Below are positions 1 through 9,240 of a stretch of DNA of 64,000 nucleotides, one piece after another. The position numbers and the translations under genes were made by a program. The stretch's first letter is position 1; each line of letters begins with the position of its first letter. Location of the stretch: assembly GCA_964291415.2 (NCBI GenBank), contig OZ219917.1, positions 288,001-352,000 of the forward strand. The letters are read 5' to 3'. A model generated the notes under the pieces. It did not search any database and had not been told where the DNA came from. It was given only the letters and a program-made list of their open reading frames with translations. This DNA is from Alphaproteobacteria bacterium (lineage in GTDB: Bacteria; Pseudomonadota; Alphaproteobacteria; SP197).

Positions 1-751
1 GATGCGGGACGGTCGCACGCCTCTGATCGTGCCGATCGGTGCGCTGGAGCAGCACGGCCATCACATGCCCCTGCACGTGGACGTGCTGTTGCCGAACGAG
101 TTTGCGCAGCGGGTCGCCCGGCGGACCGGAGCACTGGTCGCCCAGCCGTTCACCTATGGCTACAAGTCCCATCCGAAATCGGGCGGCGGCAACCACCTTC
201 CGGGCACGACCAGTCTCGACGGTGCGACGCTGGTGAGCGCACTCAAGGACGTAATCAAGGAATTCGTGCGCCACGGAGTTCGCAAGATCGCGCTGATGAA
301 CGGTCACTACGAGAATTCATGGTTCATCATCGAAGGCGTTGATGTCGCCTTGCGCGAACTGAGATGGGACGGTGTCAAGGACGTGAAGATCGTCGTGCTG
401 TCGTACTGGGACTTTGTGAACGACGAGACCATCGAGAAACTGTATCCGGATGGCTTTACGGGGTGGGACCTCGAACACGGCGGTGTTCTCGAGACGTCAC
501 TGATGCTCGCGCTGTTTCCCCATCTCGTCCAGATGGAGAAGGCCGTCGACCACCCGCCGGCCAGCTTTCCACCCTACGACGTCTACCCGGTCAAGCCTGA
601 CTGGATTCCTGCAAGCGGGACGCTGTCGTCACCAAAGAACGCGACGAAGGAAAAGGGCGAGATCCTGCTCGAGGTCTGCACGGACGGCATTGTCGATGCT
701 CTCAGCAGGGAATTCTCGGATGGACCGGACATGCAGGTCACGGCTGCGTAG
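1..751 (+). CDS. Creatininase (creatinine amidohydrolase), probably 5'-truncated by window edge
   Basis: Motifs GALEQHGHHMPLHVD, NGHYEN, EHGGVLETS typical of the creatininase family; adjacent to creatinase. Confidence 0.9.
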   Translation, partial: MRDGRTPLIVPIGALEQHGHHMPLHVDVLLPNEFAQRVARRTGALVAQPFTYGYKSHPKSGGGNHLPGTTSLDGATLVSALKDVIKEFVRHGVRKIALMNGHYENSWFIIEGVDVALRELRWDGVKDVKIVVLSYWDFVNDETIEKLYPDGFTGWDLEHGGVLETSLMLALFPHLVQMEKAVDHPPASFPPYDVYPVKPDWIPASGTLSSPKNATKEKGEILLEVCTDGIVDALSREFSDGPDMQVTAA

Positions 752-822
752 ACGTCTGCAGATGGAGGGGGTGAGGATCCGACAGTGAAGTTCGAACCCG
801 TCACCTCCAACCCGCGCGGAAT

Positions 823-2037
823 CTAGTTCCTGATGATGTTGTGATCCGGACCGTAGGGGAAACCGGTAATGTTCTCGGCGCCCTTCTCGGTGACCACCAG
901 GATGTCGTGTTCACGGTAGCCACCGGCTCCAGGCTCACCTTCGGGCAGCATGATCATCGGTTCCATGGAGACGACCATTCCCGGCCTGAGTTCCGTTTCG
1001 ACGTCCTCTCGCAACTCGACGCCTGCCTCACGGCCATAGTAGTGGCACAGCACGCCGAACGAGTGGCCGTATCCGAACGAACGGTACTTGAGGAGATCCC
1101 ATCCGCGATACATCTCGTTGAGTTCGGCGGCTATGTCGCAGCAGCGAGCACCGGGCCTTATCAGCTTCAGCCCTTTCTCATGCACGGCGACGTTCTTTTC
1201 CCAGAGGTCCAGGTGGACGTCTGACGCGTGGTCGCAAAACAAGGTGCGTTCCAGGGCCGTGTAGTAGCCAAAGATCATCGGGAAGGCATTGAGGCTGAGA
1301 ATGTCGCCGGATTCGATCCGTCTGTTGGTGACCGGATTGTGGGCACCGTCGGTATTGATTCCCGACTGGAACCAGGTCCACGTATCCATGGGCTCGACAT
1401 AGGGATGGTTGCTGGCAATCTCCCTCACCATCGCGTCCGTTGTTGCGATAGCCACCTCGTGTTCGGGAACACCTGCCGCAATCGCGTCGACGCATGCCCA
1501 GCCGCCTATGTCACAGGTCCGCGCGCCCTCCTTGATGAGCTCAATCTCTTCCTCGGACTTGATGGTGCGCATCCACATTGAGGGTTGGGCGCAATCGACG
1601 AGCTCCACTGCCGGCAGCGCCTCCTCAAGAAGCCGCCTGTAGTCAAGATTGACATGATCGAACTCAATTCCGAGCCGCTTGACGCCGGGAGTGAGCTGCT
1701 TCAATGCCCGGAAGAAGCTGTCGCGCCGCCAGTCGGTGTAGGTGACGTTGTCGCCATAGGTCCGTCGCCAGGGCTGTCCTCCGTCGATGCCGGCAGAGAT
1801 GGTCACCGCCTTGTCGTGATCGATAACCATGCCGTACTTGCGACCGAAATAGCAGTAGAGCCACCCGGAGTAGTAGTTGATGCAGTGATACGAGGTGAAC
1901 AGCACGGCATCGACGTCCTCGGATGACATCCATTGACGGATGGCGTCCTGTCGGCGTTGCATTTCCGCCTCCGAGAAGGGTGAATACTCCTTGTCGCCGT
2001 TGTGCCATTTCGTGACATGAAGCATGTCGTCGGTCAT
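823..2037 (-). CDS. Creatinase (creatine amidinohydrolase, M24 fold)
   Basis: WHNGDK..PFS..EM.RRQ N-terminus, TWFQSGINTDGAHNP, GYGHSFGVLCHYYGREAG, GYREHDIL; start trimmed to ATG 2037. Confidence 0.95.
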   Translation of the reverse strand: MTDDMLHVTKWHNGDKEYSPFSEAEMQRRQDAIRQWMSSEDVDAVLFTSYHCINYYSGWLYCYFGRKYGMVIDHDKAVTISAGIDGGQPWRRTYGDNVTYTDWRRDSFFRALKQLTPGVKRLGIEFDHVNLDYRRLLEEALPAVELVDCAQPSMWMRTIKSEEEIELIKEGARTCDIGGWACVDAIAAGVPEHEVAIATTDAMVREIASNHPYVEPMDTWTWFQSGINTDGAHNPVTNRRIESGDILSLNAFPMIFGYYTALERTLFCDHASDVHLDLWEKNVAVHEKGLKLIRPGARCCDIAAELNEMYRGWDLLKYRSFGYGHSFGVLCHYYGREAGVELREDVETELRPGMVVSMEPMIMLPEGEPGAGGYREHDILVVTEKGAENITGFPYGPDHNIIRN

Positions 2038-2599
2038 CGCGAACACCCATTTTCAGTTGTCAAGTCAGCAAGATTGAGGACGTTACGCGATTCCGTTTGC
2101 GCGACGCAATTTGTTCTTCTTATGCCATGATTAGTCGGTTGAATGTGCTATCGAAAGCAACACTATCGCTCGGCATGGAGTCTTGACCTTGCAACCCGAG
2201 AAAGGTTGTCGGGTGCGTTTGCGTGTCACCATCGAACGAGTGTGTCGGATCACTGCGAATTCCGTGATCACCACCATGTGACCCGCATTGGATTGCTTCG
2301 CCGCTTCATCGTCACGGATTCCGGGGTGGACGAGATCACGACCACGCCTCGCCTCTTCTGGTAGCGCGAACTCCGCAAGGCGGTGTGGCAGCGGCCCGGC
2401 GATGGATCGACATGTCGCACGTGATCGGCTGCCGCAAGCAGGGGATGATCATTGAACCGCGCCAGGGAATGGCCGGCAGCGGCAATCAGGAAGGTCACAC
2501 GGGGTGTGAAACCGCAGGGAGGTCGGTGAGCGGTGGTCGTTGCGCCCGCCGGCCTTGTCGAACCGGTTCATGTCACCCGACCGACGTGCCGGCCCTCGC

Positions 2600-3382
2600 C
2601 TACGGTCCGTAGGCTCCTGCCGTCGCGTCGTTCCCGCCGTCGACAACCAGCGTCGTCCCGGTCACGTAGCTCGCCTCATCGGAGGCCAGAAACAGAATGC
2701 ACCGGGCAACCTCACCGGCACTGGCAACGCGGCGCATCGGGATGCCGGCGGCGAAGTTCCGCAGGTTCTCGTCGAAGTCTCCCCCCTGGTCGTGCAGCAT
2801 CCTGTCCAGCATCTCCGTATGGGTCTCGCCCGGGCACACGGCGTTCACCCGGATACCCTCGGCCGCATGATCGAGCGCCATGCAGCGGGTCATCTGCACG
2901 ATGGCACCCTTGCTGGTGCAATAGGCGACGTAGTTCGCCTCCCCGTTCAGGCCCCATTCCGATGCCGTATTCACGATGCAGCCGCTTCCCTGCGCACTCA
3001 TCTGCCTGAGGGCAGCGCGACTCATGAAGAAGACGGAGCTGACGTTGACCGTCATCGTCTCGTCCCAGGCGTGATCCGATGTCGTGAGGGCCGTGCCTTC
3101 GTGGAGAACCCCGGCATTGTTCACAAGGATGTCGAGACGGCCGAAGCGATGGACACATTCGGACACCAAACGGTCGCACTCGGCACGCTCCGACAGGTCC
3201 GCCTGGCAGAACTCGGCAGTACCTCCGTGTCCCGCAATCTCCGCACAGATGTTTGCGCCTCGTTCCGCATTGCGCCCGGTGACCAGCACCCGGGCCCCCT
3301 GTGCCGCAAAGGCTCGGACACTCGCCTCGCCGATCCCCGTGGTGGAGCCTGTCACCAGCACTGACTTGTCGCTAAAGCTCAT
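2600..3382 (-). CDS. SDR family NAD(P)-dependent oxidoreductase
   Basis: TGSTTGIG, NNAG, YCTSKG (YxxxK); start at MSFSDK. Confidence 0.9.
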   Translation of the reverse strand: MSFSDKSVLVTGSTTGIGEASVRAFAAQGARVLVTGRNAERGANICAEIAGHGGTAEFCQADLSERAECDRLVSECVHRFGRLDILVNNAGVLHEGTALTTSDHAWDETMTVNVSSVFFMSRAALRQMSAQGSGCIVNTASEWGLNGEANYVAYCTSKGAIVQMTRCMALDHAAEGIRVNAVCPGETHTEMLDRMLHDQGGDFDENLRNFAAGIPMRRVASAGEVARCILFLASDEASYVTGTTLVVDGGNDATAGAYGP

Positions 3383-3652
3383 CGTGCTTCCTCTGGCTTT
3401 CGTGGATCGTTTTCTCAAGGACGATGGTACCACTTGGGCATGTGTTCGTCAGGCGCTCACGCCGCACCGGACGACGAATGGCGCCGCTTCTTCAACGAAC
3501 CGTGCGCCCATGCAGTCTCACAACAGTGATCGAAGGCGCCATTGTGTTAACGTCGGGCACATTCGTCTAACCTCCAAGAGTGCCATGCGTGAGGCACGGA
3601 CCGTTCGGTATGTCGCTGCGTGTGGCGAGCTCGATTCACCACGGGTCACGTC

Positions 3653-4072
3653 ATGCTCACCTACACCACCGCATCGATGCTTGAAGAACTCTCCGAATGG
3701 CCGCCAATTGCCGAGATTCCGGGTGCCCGTGTGCTACAGGGCGAGCCTCGCCATTTCGGGCGCCTGGACATCGGGGATTTCGAATCCGACTTCATGCTGG
3801 GTGTGTGGGAGTGCACGGAAGGGACATTCGAATGGACCGAGGTCGGCTTCGAGTTGCAGACACTTGTGGCGGGGCGTCTTCGCATTACCGAGCAGGACGG
3901 CACCGTGCATGATCTTGCCGCGGGCGACACCTACTTCACGCGCAAGGGAGACTGCATGACCTGGGAGGTCATCGAAAGGATCAAGAAGGTCTTCTTTGCC
4001 TTCAACAGCGAGGGTGCCTTCGCCGCCGCATTCGGGCGATTGACGTCCGGCGACCGGGTGCTTCGCGTCTGA
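3653..4072 (+). CDS. Cupin domain protein (DUF861/EutQ-like)
   Basis: GVWECTEGTF..E...LVAGRLRIT..G....L.AGD..F..G...TWEV....KKVF pattern. Confidence 0.8.
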   Translation: MLTYTTASMLEELSEWPPIAEIPGARVLQGEPRHFGRLDIGDFESDFMLGVWECTEGTFEWTEVGFELQTLVAGRLRITEQDGTVHDLAAGDTYFTRKGDCMTWEVIERIKKVFFAFNSEGAFAAAFGRLTSGDRVLRV

Positions 4073-4344
4073 CAGGCGTGCCAACCGTTCAGGAGTCGGG
4101 AGCATCGCATCCCTGCGGCCTGAATCGTGGCACACGGCCTCATCCACAACACAATCCCGCCCCACTGGATGTAACAGGGCATCCTCGCCGTCACACTTCC
4201 TTGGTGCCGAGGAGGCGCTGGCCGGCTTTTCGGTGCTTGTTCGCTGTCTCGGCGATATGATCGCGGCACTCGATCTCAATCCGGTGATCGCCGTCGATGC
4301 CCTCGTCGTGCCAAGCGCCTGATTGACACAACCGGGAGGGAAGC

Positions 4345-5514
4345 ATGGCCATCATCAACCGGATCGCGGACTGGCAGGCCGACATGACCCGCTGGCGGCG
4401 CGACATTCATGCGCACCCGGAAACGGCCTTCGAGGAAACCAGGACCTCCGAGGTGGTCGCGGGCCTGCTCGACACGTTCGGCATCGAGGTCCATCGCGGC
4501 CTGGCCGGCACCGGCGTGGTGGGAACGCTGAAATCCGGCGACGGAGCGAGGCATATCGGCCTCAGGGCCGATCTCGACGCCCTCGACCTCCACGAGAAGA
4601 ACGATTTCGACCACCGCTCGACCCACGACGGGAAGATGCATGCCTGCGGTCATGACGGCCACACCGCCATGCTGCTGGGAGCGGCGCGCTATCTCTCCGA
4701 GACACGCAACTTCGACGGCACGGTCCACTTCATCTTCCAGCCCGCCGAGGAGAACGAGGGGGGCGGCCGGGTGATGATCGAGGACGGCCTCTTCGATCTC
4801 TTTCCCTGCGAGGAAGTCTACGGCATGCACAACGCACCGGGTCTCGAGGTCGGGCGCTTCGCCGTGCGCGAGGGGCCGTTTCTCGCTGCATTCGACATCT
4901 TCGAAGTGGTCATCAAGGGCACCGGCACCCATGCCGCCATGCCCGATCGCGGCGCCGATCCCATGGTCCCGGCCGCCCAGGCAGTGCTGGCGCTCCAGGC
5001 GCTGGCATCGCGCGAGATCTCGCCGCTCGACACCGTCGTCATCAGCGTCACGCAGATCCATGGCGGCGACACCTGGAATGTCATTCCCGACGAGATCGTC
5101 CTGAGGGGAACCTGCCGGTGGTTCGAGGAGTCGGTCAGGGACGCCCTCGAGACATCCATGCGGCGCATCGTGGAGAGCATCGCGTCGGCCCACCGCTGCG
5201 AGGCCACCCTGCACTACGAGCGCCGCTATCCGGCGACGGTCAACAGTGAGCAGCAGACGGCCTTCGCCAGCGAGGTTGCCGCCGGACTCGTCGGCACAGG
5301 GAACGTGGAGAGATCGCACCAGCCGGTGATGGGATCGGAGGACTTCGCCTTCATGCTTCAGGAGAAACCCGGCTGCTACATTCTGATCGGCAACGGATCC
5401 GCCGAGGGCGGCTGCCTTCTCCACAATCCGCACTACGACTTCAACGACGACATCCTCGCCCTGGGAGCGAGCTACTGGGCACGCATCGCGGAATCGGCGC
5501 TGCCCCGGCCCTGA
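4345..5514 (+). CDS. M20D amidohydrolase (hippurate hydrolase-like)
   Basis: HAHPETAFEE, LRADLDAL, MHACGHDGH, FQPAEE, GSEDF; RBS GGGAGG upstream. Confidence 0.92.
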   Translation: MAIINRIADWQADMTRWRRDIHAHPETAFEETRTSEVVAGLLDTFGIEVHRGLAGTGVVGTLKSGDGARHIGLRADLDALDLHEKNDFDHRSTHDGKMHACGHDGHTAMLLGAARYLSETRNFDGTVHFIFQPAEENEGGGRVMIEDGLFDLFPCEEVYGMHNAPGLEVGRFAVREGPFLAAFDIFEVVIKGTGTHAAMPDRGADPMVPAAQAVLALQALASREISPLDTVVISVTQIHGGDTWNVIPDEIVLRGTCRWFEESVRDALETSMRRIVESIASAHRCEATLHYERRYPATVNSEQQTAFASEVAAGLVGTGNVERSHQPVMGSEDFAFMLQEKPGCYILIGNGSAEGGCLLHNPHYDFNDDILALGASYWARIAESALPRP

Positions 5515-5523
5515 TCATGCCGG
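5489..5523. repeat. Left direct repeat bounding the P450/SMT cassette
   Basis: CGGAATCGGCGCTGCCCCGGCCCTGATCATGCCGG; the 19-bp core CCGGCCCTGATCATGCCGG (5505-5523) recurs exactly at 9222-9240. Confidence 0.85.
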
Positions 5524-5688
5524 CGCCCGGGAGCAGGCTGTTCGGCAGCCATCTTCGCTTGCGTGGACGAAGGACATCGGCGTGGCGACGTCCACGCGGC
5601 CGGCTTCCAAGAACGCCGCAGCGGCAAGGTTCAGGCGGCCTGAAACTCGGGTCGCGCCGTTTCCCTGAATTCCGGAGCTTGCAGTGCG

Positions 5689-7713
5689 TCAGGCAGGCAG
5701 TTCGCGCAACTGCTCGGTGATCCGGAACTTGAGCTTCTCGCTCGGCTTCAACGAGGGAAGCGGGGCGAAGGGCAGCGCATCGACGTAACGCTGAGGCGTG
5801 ACCTCGAGGGTGAAGTAATGGGCGATCATCAGCACGTTGATCGCCAGCTGCAGATCCATCCACCGCGCGCCGAGGCACCGGTGCGTGCCGAGCCCGTAGG
5901 GCGCGTAGCCGGGATTGCGGTGTTCGTCGCGGGGCGATGCATAGCGGTCGATGTCGAACGAGAACGGATCGGGGAAGATGTCTTCCATGTAATGCCCGGC
6001 GGTCTGGGCGATGTAGACCCGCGATCCCACCGGTATTTCATGGCCTTCCAGCACGAAGGAATTCATCACGTCCCGCAACGACATCGGAACGATCGGATAC
6101 ATCCGGAGGCATTCCATCAGAAAGCGGTGCGTGACATCCATCGAGGCCGGGTTGAAGTCCTCCGCGTCCGGATCGCCGTTCGCGAACAGGGCGTCGGCCT
6201 CGGCCCGGATCCGCTTGTAGAGCTCGGGCTGCGCCGCCATGGCGTAGACCGCGAAGCTCAGTGAGTCGCCGAGATAGACGCTCGCGACCAGTGCCGCGGA
6301 CAGCACGAATCGCAGGTTGGATTCCGGCATCAGCTGCGGATCGCTCGCGTGCAGGCTCAGCCAGTCGTCGGAGAGGGTGCGCGGACACCCGGCGCGCTGG
6401 GCCGGCGTATGGACGGCCTGGATACGCTGCAGCAGCGTATCGACAGCCCGCGCCCGGCGCTTCATCCCCGGCGTTCTCAGCATGAACCTGGGCAGTGCGT
6501 TGATGATATGGGTGGTGAGCGCGCGCTCCTTGAAGACCATCAGCTCGTCGATGATGTCCTGCGTTTCGACGTTGAGAAAGAGCGGCGAGAGCTGGGCGTT
6601 GACCATTCGTCGGTACCCGCGCACAGGGAAGGTCTCCCCGACCTTCCAGTCCGACATGTAGTGGCGGGTAAAGCGGTACATGTCGTCCAGCCGGCCTGCC
6701 AGCCGATTGCGCGAATAGGCCGGACCCATGGCCTTGCGGAGCCGGAAGTGGTCCGGGCCATCGAGCGACGGCAACACGCCGTGCGCGCCGTAGAGCCTCT
6801 CGAAGGCGGCGAAATAGCCCCCCGCCTTCAGGTGCATCCGCCCGTGACGATGCACCCATGCATTGGCCTGCGGCCCGCCGATGAAGATCATGGGTTTGCC
6901 GAAGGGCCGGCGGATCTGGAACACCGGGCCGTATTGTTCGGTCAGATCCGAGAAGAGCGCAGGGACGTTGCCGCTCCGCAGATGCCGGTTCCGCAGCACC
7001 CGGAGAAGCGGAACTGCGGGGATCGGTTTGTTCAGCGTCGAACGCCGGAGCATCGGGGTGGCGATGTTGTGCTCGACCGCGGCGGCGATGGAGCGGCCGA
7101 TCATGTCCATTCGGCAGATGAGATCGATCCGCTCCTGGGTCTCGTCATCGATATCGAACATGAAGCGGAAGACGTCGCACGTGTTGACGAGGCAAATGAC
7201 GATGATGTCCCTGGGGCCGGGAATCTCGTCGGTGAAGAGCACCTTGAGGATACGCGTTCTGACGAACTGGCCGACGGTGCCTTGCTGCGCGCCGCCGGCC
7301 AACTCCTCGTGCCACGTCGTGGCGGCCAGCGTCCAGAAATCGCCGTCGTGATGTTCCAGGACCTTCAACTCGACCAGGCGGTCGAGGGTCCGGTCGATGA
7401 TCGATTCCGCCTGGCCGGCGAGCCGTTCGATCCAGTAGACGGCATCCCGCTGAACGGTCTCCCCGGCGATTTCCTTCAAGAGGGGATCGAGCACGGCGTC
7501 GCCGGTTTCCGTCGCATCCACGAGAATCAGTGATTCGAGATCCGTGTCGATGCGCCCCATCAGCGAGAGCTCCGCAAGCGCCGCGCCGACCACGGCGCAG
7601 TTCAGATTCCAGCCCCGCACCTGGTGGAAATAGCCGGTCTGCTCGTTGAGGAGAGTCAGGATGAACTCCTCGACCAGGCTCCGCTTCTGGGTCGCCGCCG
7701 TCGAATCTGGCAT
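5689..7713 (-). CDS. Fusion of N-terminal GPP34 (GOLPH3/Vps74-like) domain and C-terminal cytochrome P450
   Basis: N-term SLVEEFILTLLNEQTG...AVVGAALAELSLMGRID....TGDAVLDPLL (GPP34-like); C-term ECLR (ExxR), FDIDRY, PYGLGTHRCLG heme-Cys loop. Confidence 0.85.
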   Translation of the reverse strand: MPDSTAATQKRSLVEEFILTLLNEQTGYFHQVRGWNLNCAVVGAALAELSLMGRIDTDLESLILVDATETGDAVLDPLLKEIAGETVQRDAVYWIERLAGQAESIIDRTLDRLVELKVLEHHDGDFWTLAATTWHEELAGGAQQGTVGQFVRTRILKVLFTDEIPGPRDIIVICLVNTCDVFRFMFDIDDETQERIDLICRMDMIGRSIAAAVEHNIATPMLRRSTLNKPIPAVPLLRVLRNRHLRSGNVPALFSDLTEQYGPVFQIRRPFGKPMIFIGGPQANAWVHRHGRMHLKAGGYFAAFERLYGAHGVLPSLDGPDHFRLRKAMGPAYSRNRLAGRLDDMYRFTRHYMSDWKVGETFPVRGYRRMVNAQLSPLFLNVETQDIIDELMVFKERALTTHIINALPRFMLRTPGMKRRARAVDTLLQRIQAVHTPAQRAGCPRTLSDDWLSLHASDPQLMPESNLRFVLSAALVASVYLGDSLSFAVYAMAAQPELYKRIRAEADALFANGDPDAEDFNPASMDVTHRFLMECLRMYPIVPMSLRDVMNSFVLEGHEIPVGSRVYIAQTAGHYMEDIFPDPFSFDIDRYASPRDEHRNPGYAPYGLGTHRCLGARWMDLQLAINVLMIAHYFTLEVTPQRYVDALPFAPLPSLKPSEKLKFRITEQLRELPA

Positions 7714-8053
7714 CGTTTCCCCCGCACATTCGGTCGTCACGCGGGACGTCGCAGGCATGCTGCGACGTTCGAGGTGGGGTGCCGTCCGTCGGCCGGCACG
7801 CGCCTCCCACTCGTAGTGTGGGTGTCGATTCTACCCTGCCTCCCGTCTCCCGTCACTCCATTTGGTGCATTCACCACACGTTCTGCCTTGCGTGTCGTGA
7901 AGCGGCCGTTGTGTTCGTCAGCGACGGGGACCGCGGTGAACGGCGCCACCTCTCCTGTGCCGCCCTTGCATGTGATAAGGATAGAGGCTGCGGCGGTTTC
8001 AACGAACGCGCGCGATGCACATGTCCTCCGCTGACGGAACAGGAAAACTGCGC

Positions 8054-9079
8054 ATGTCCATCAATCTCTCCAGATCCCTGTGGAACGCGTACCGGGGCTG
8101 GGACGTCAGGAGGCGCGTCGCACGCTTTGGCGGCCGGTTTGACGCAATGAGACAGGCCGATGGCGTCGACTGCGACTTCACGGAGACGGTGAACGACTAC
8201 TATGATCTGTGCAGCGAATTCATGCAGTTCGGGTGGGGCGAGTCGCTGCACTTCGCGCCATTGGCGCGCGGGGAATCGCTGGAGGAATCCGTCGTTCGCC
8301 ATCAGCGCCTGATGATCGGAAAGCTGGACTTGCGGGAGGGCATGGTGGTTGCCGACATCGGCTGTGGAGTGGGCGGTCCCATGCGGCGGGTCGCCCGCGA
8401 GAGCGGCGCCAGGGTTGTCTGCATCAACAACAATGAACAGCAACTGGACAAGGCCAGACGGAGGAACATCGAGACCGGGCTCGATGACATGGCGGAGTAC
8501 ATCAAGTGCGACTTCATGGACATGAGTGCGATTGAAGCCTGCTCGTTCGATGCGGGTTATGCGATCGAGTCGACCTGCCACGCGCCGGACAAGGAGCGCG
8601 CGTTTGCCGAAATCCATCGTGTGCTCAAACCGGGAGCCCGGCTGTGGGGTCAGGAGATGTGCCTGACGAACAGGTACGACCCCGACGACCACCTTCATCG
8701 CGCCATGAAGGACGAGCTCAAGCGGGGAATCGCCCTCAACGAGATCGCCACGTTTGCCGAGGTGGATCGCGCGCTGGAGGCTGCGGGATTCGTCGTCATG
8801 GAAGCAGCGGACAGGGACGTCAGGGAAGGCCATGGCATACCCTGGTATCGGCCCCTGGAGAGTCGGAGCGGGACGTTGCGCAACGTGTTTCGCAGGACGC
8901 CCTTGGGCCGCAAGGCGGTCATCGCGGGTGCGCGGATGGCGGAAGCGTTCCGGTTCTTTCCGAGGGGCTCCACGGACGTTGTCCGATTGATGGACCGGAC
9001 AGCCGACGCCTACGTCGCGGGCGGCAAGACGGGCATATTCACGCCGCTCTACTGCTTCGTCGCCCGCAAGCCCGACTGA
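8054..9079 (+). CDS. Sterol 24-C-methyltransferase (ERG6/SMT1-like SAM-dependent methyltransferase)
   Basis: VNDYYDL..EFMQFGWGESLHFA, DIGCGVGGP, YAIESTCHAP, C-terminal GGKTGIFTPLY..VARKP, all characteristic SMT regions. Confidence 0.88.
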   Translation: MSINLSRSLWNAYRGWDVRRRVARFGGRFDAMRQADGVDCDFTETVNDYYDLCSEFMQFGWGESLHFAPLARGESLEESVVRHQRLMIGKLDLREGMVVADIGCGVGGPMRRVARESGARVVCINNNEQQLDKARRRNIETGLDDMAEYIKCDFMDMSAIEACSFDAGYAIESTCHAPDKERAFAEIHRVLKPGARLWGQEMCLTNRYDPDDHLHRAMKDELKRGIALNEIATFAEVDRALEAAGFVVMEAADRDVREGHGIPWYRPLESRSGTLRNVFRRTPLGRKAVIAGARMAEAFRFFPRGSTDVVRLMDRTADAYVAGGKTGIFTPLYCFVARKPD

Positions 9080-9207
9080 GTCGATGCCATTGTCCGGTCG
9101 GTCAGAAGCGCTTCACAGCAGTGCCGGTCGTTGCGCGCAAGAAGGAAGAGTCGACGACCGTGAGCACGACCGGGCAATCCGGCGCCCGAGCGGGCCGCCA
9201 TTCGATC

Positions 9208-9240
9208 CGGAATCGGGCGTGCCGGCCCTGATCATGCCGG
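9208..9240. repeat. Right direct repeat bounding the P450/SMT cassette
   Basis: CGGAATCGGGCGTGCCGGCCCTGATCATGCCGG; matches 5489-5523. Confidence 0.85.
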
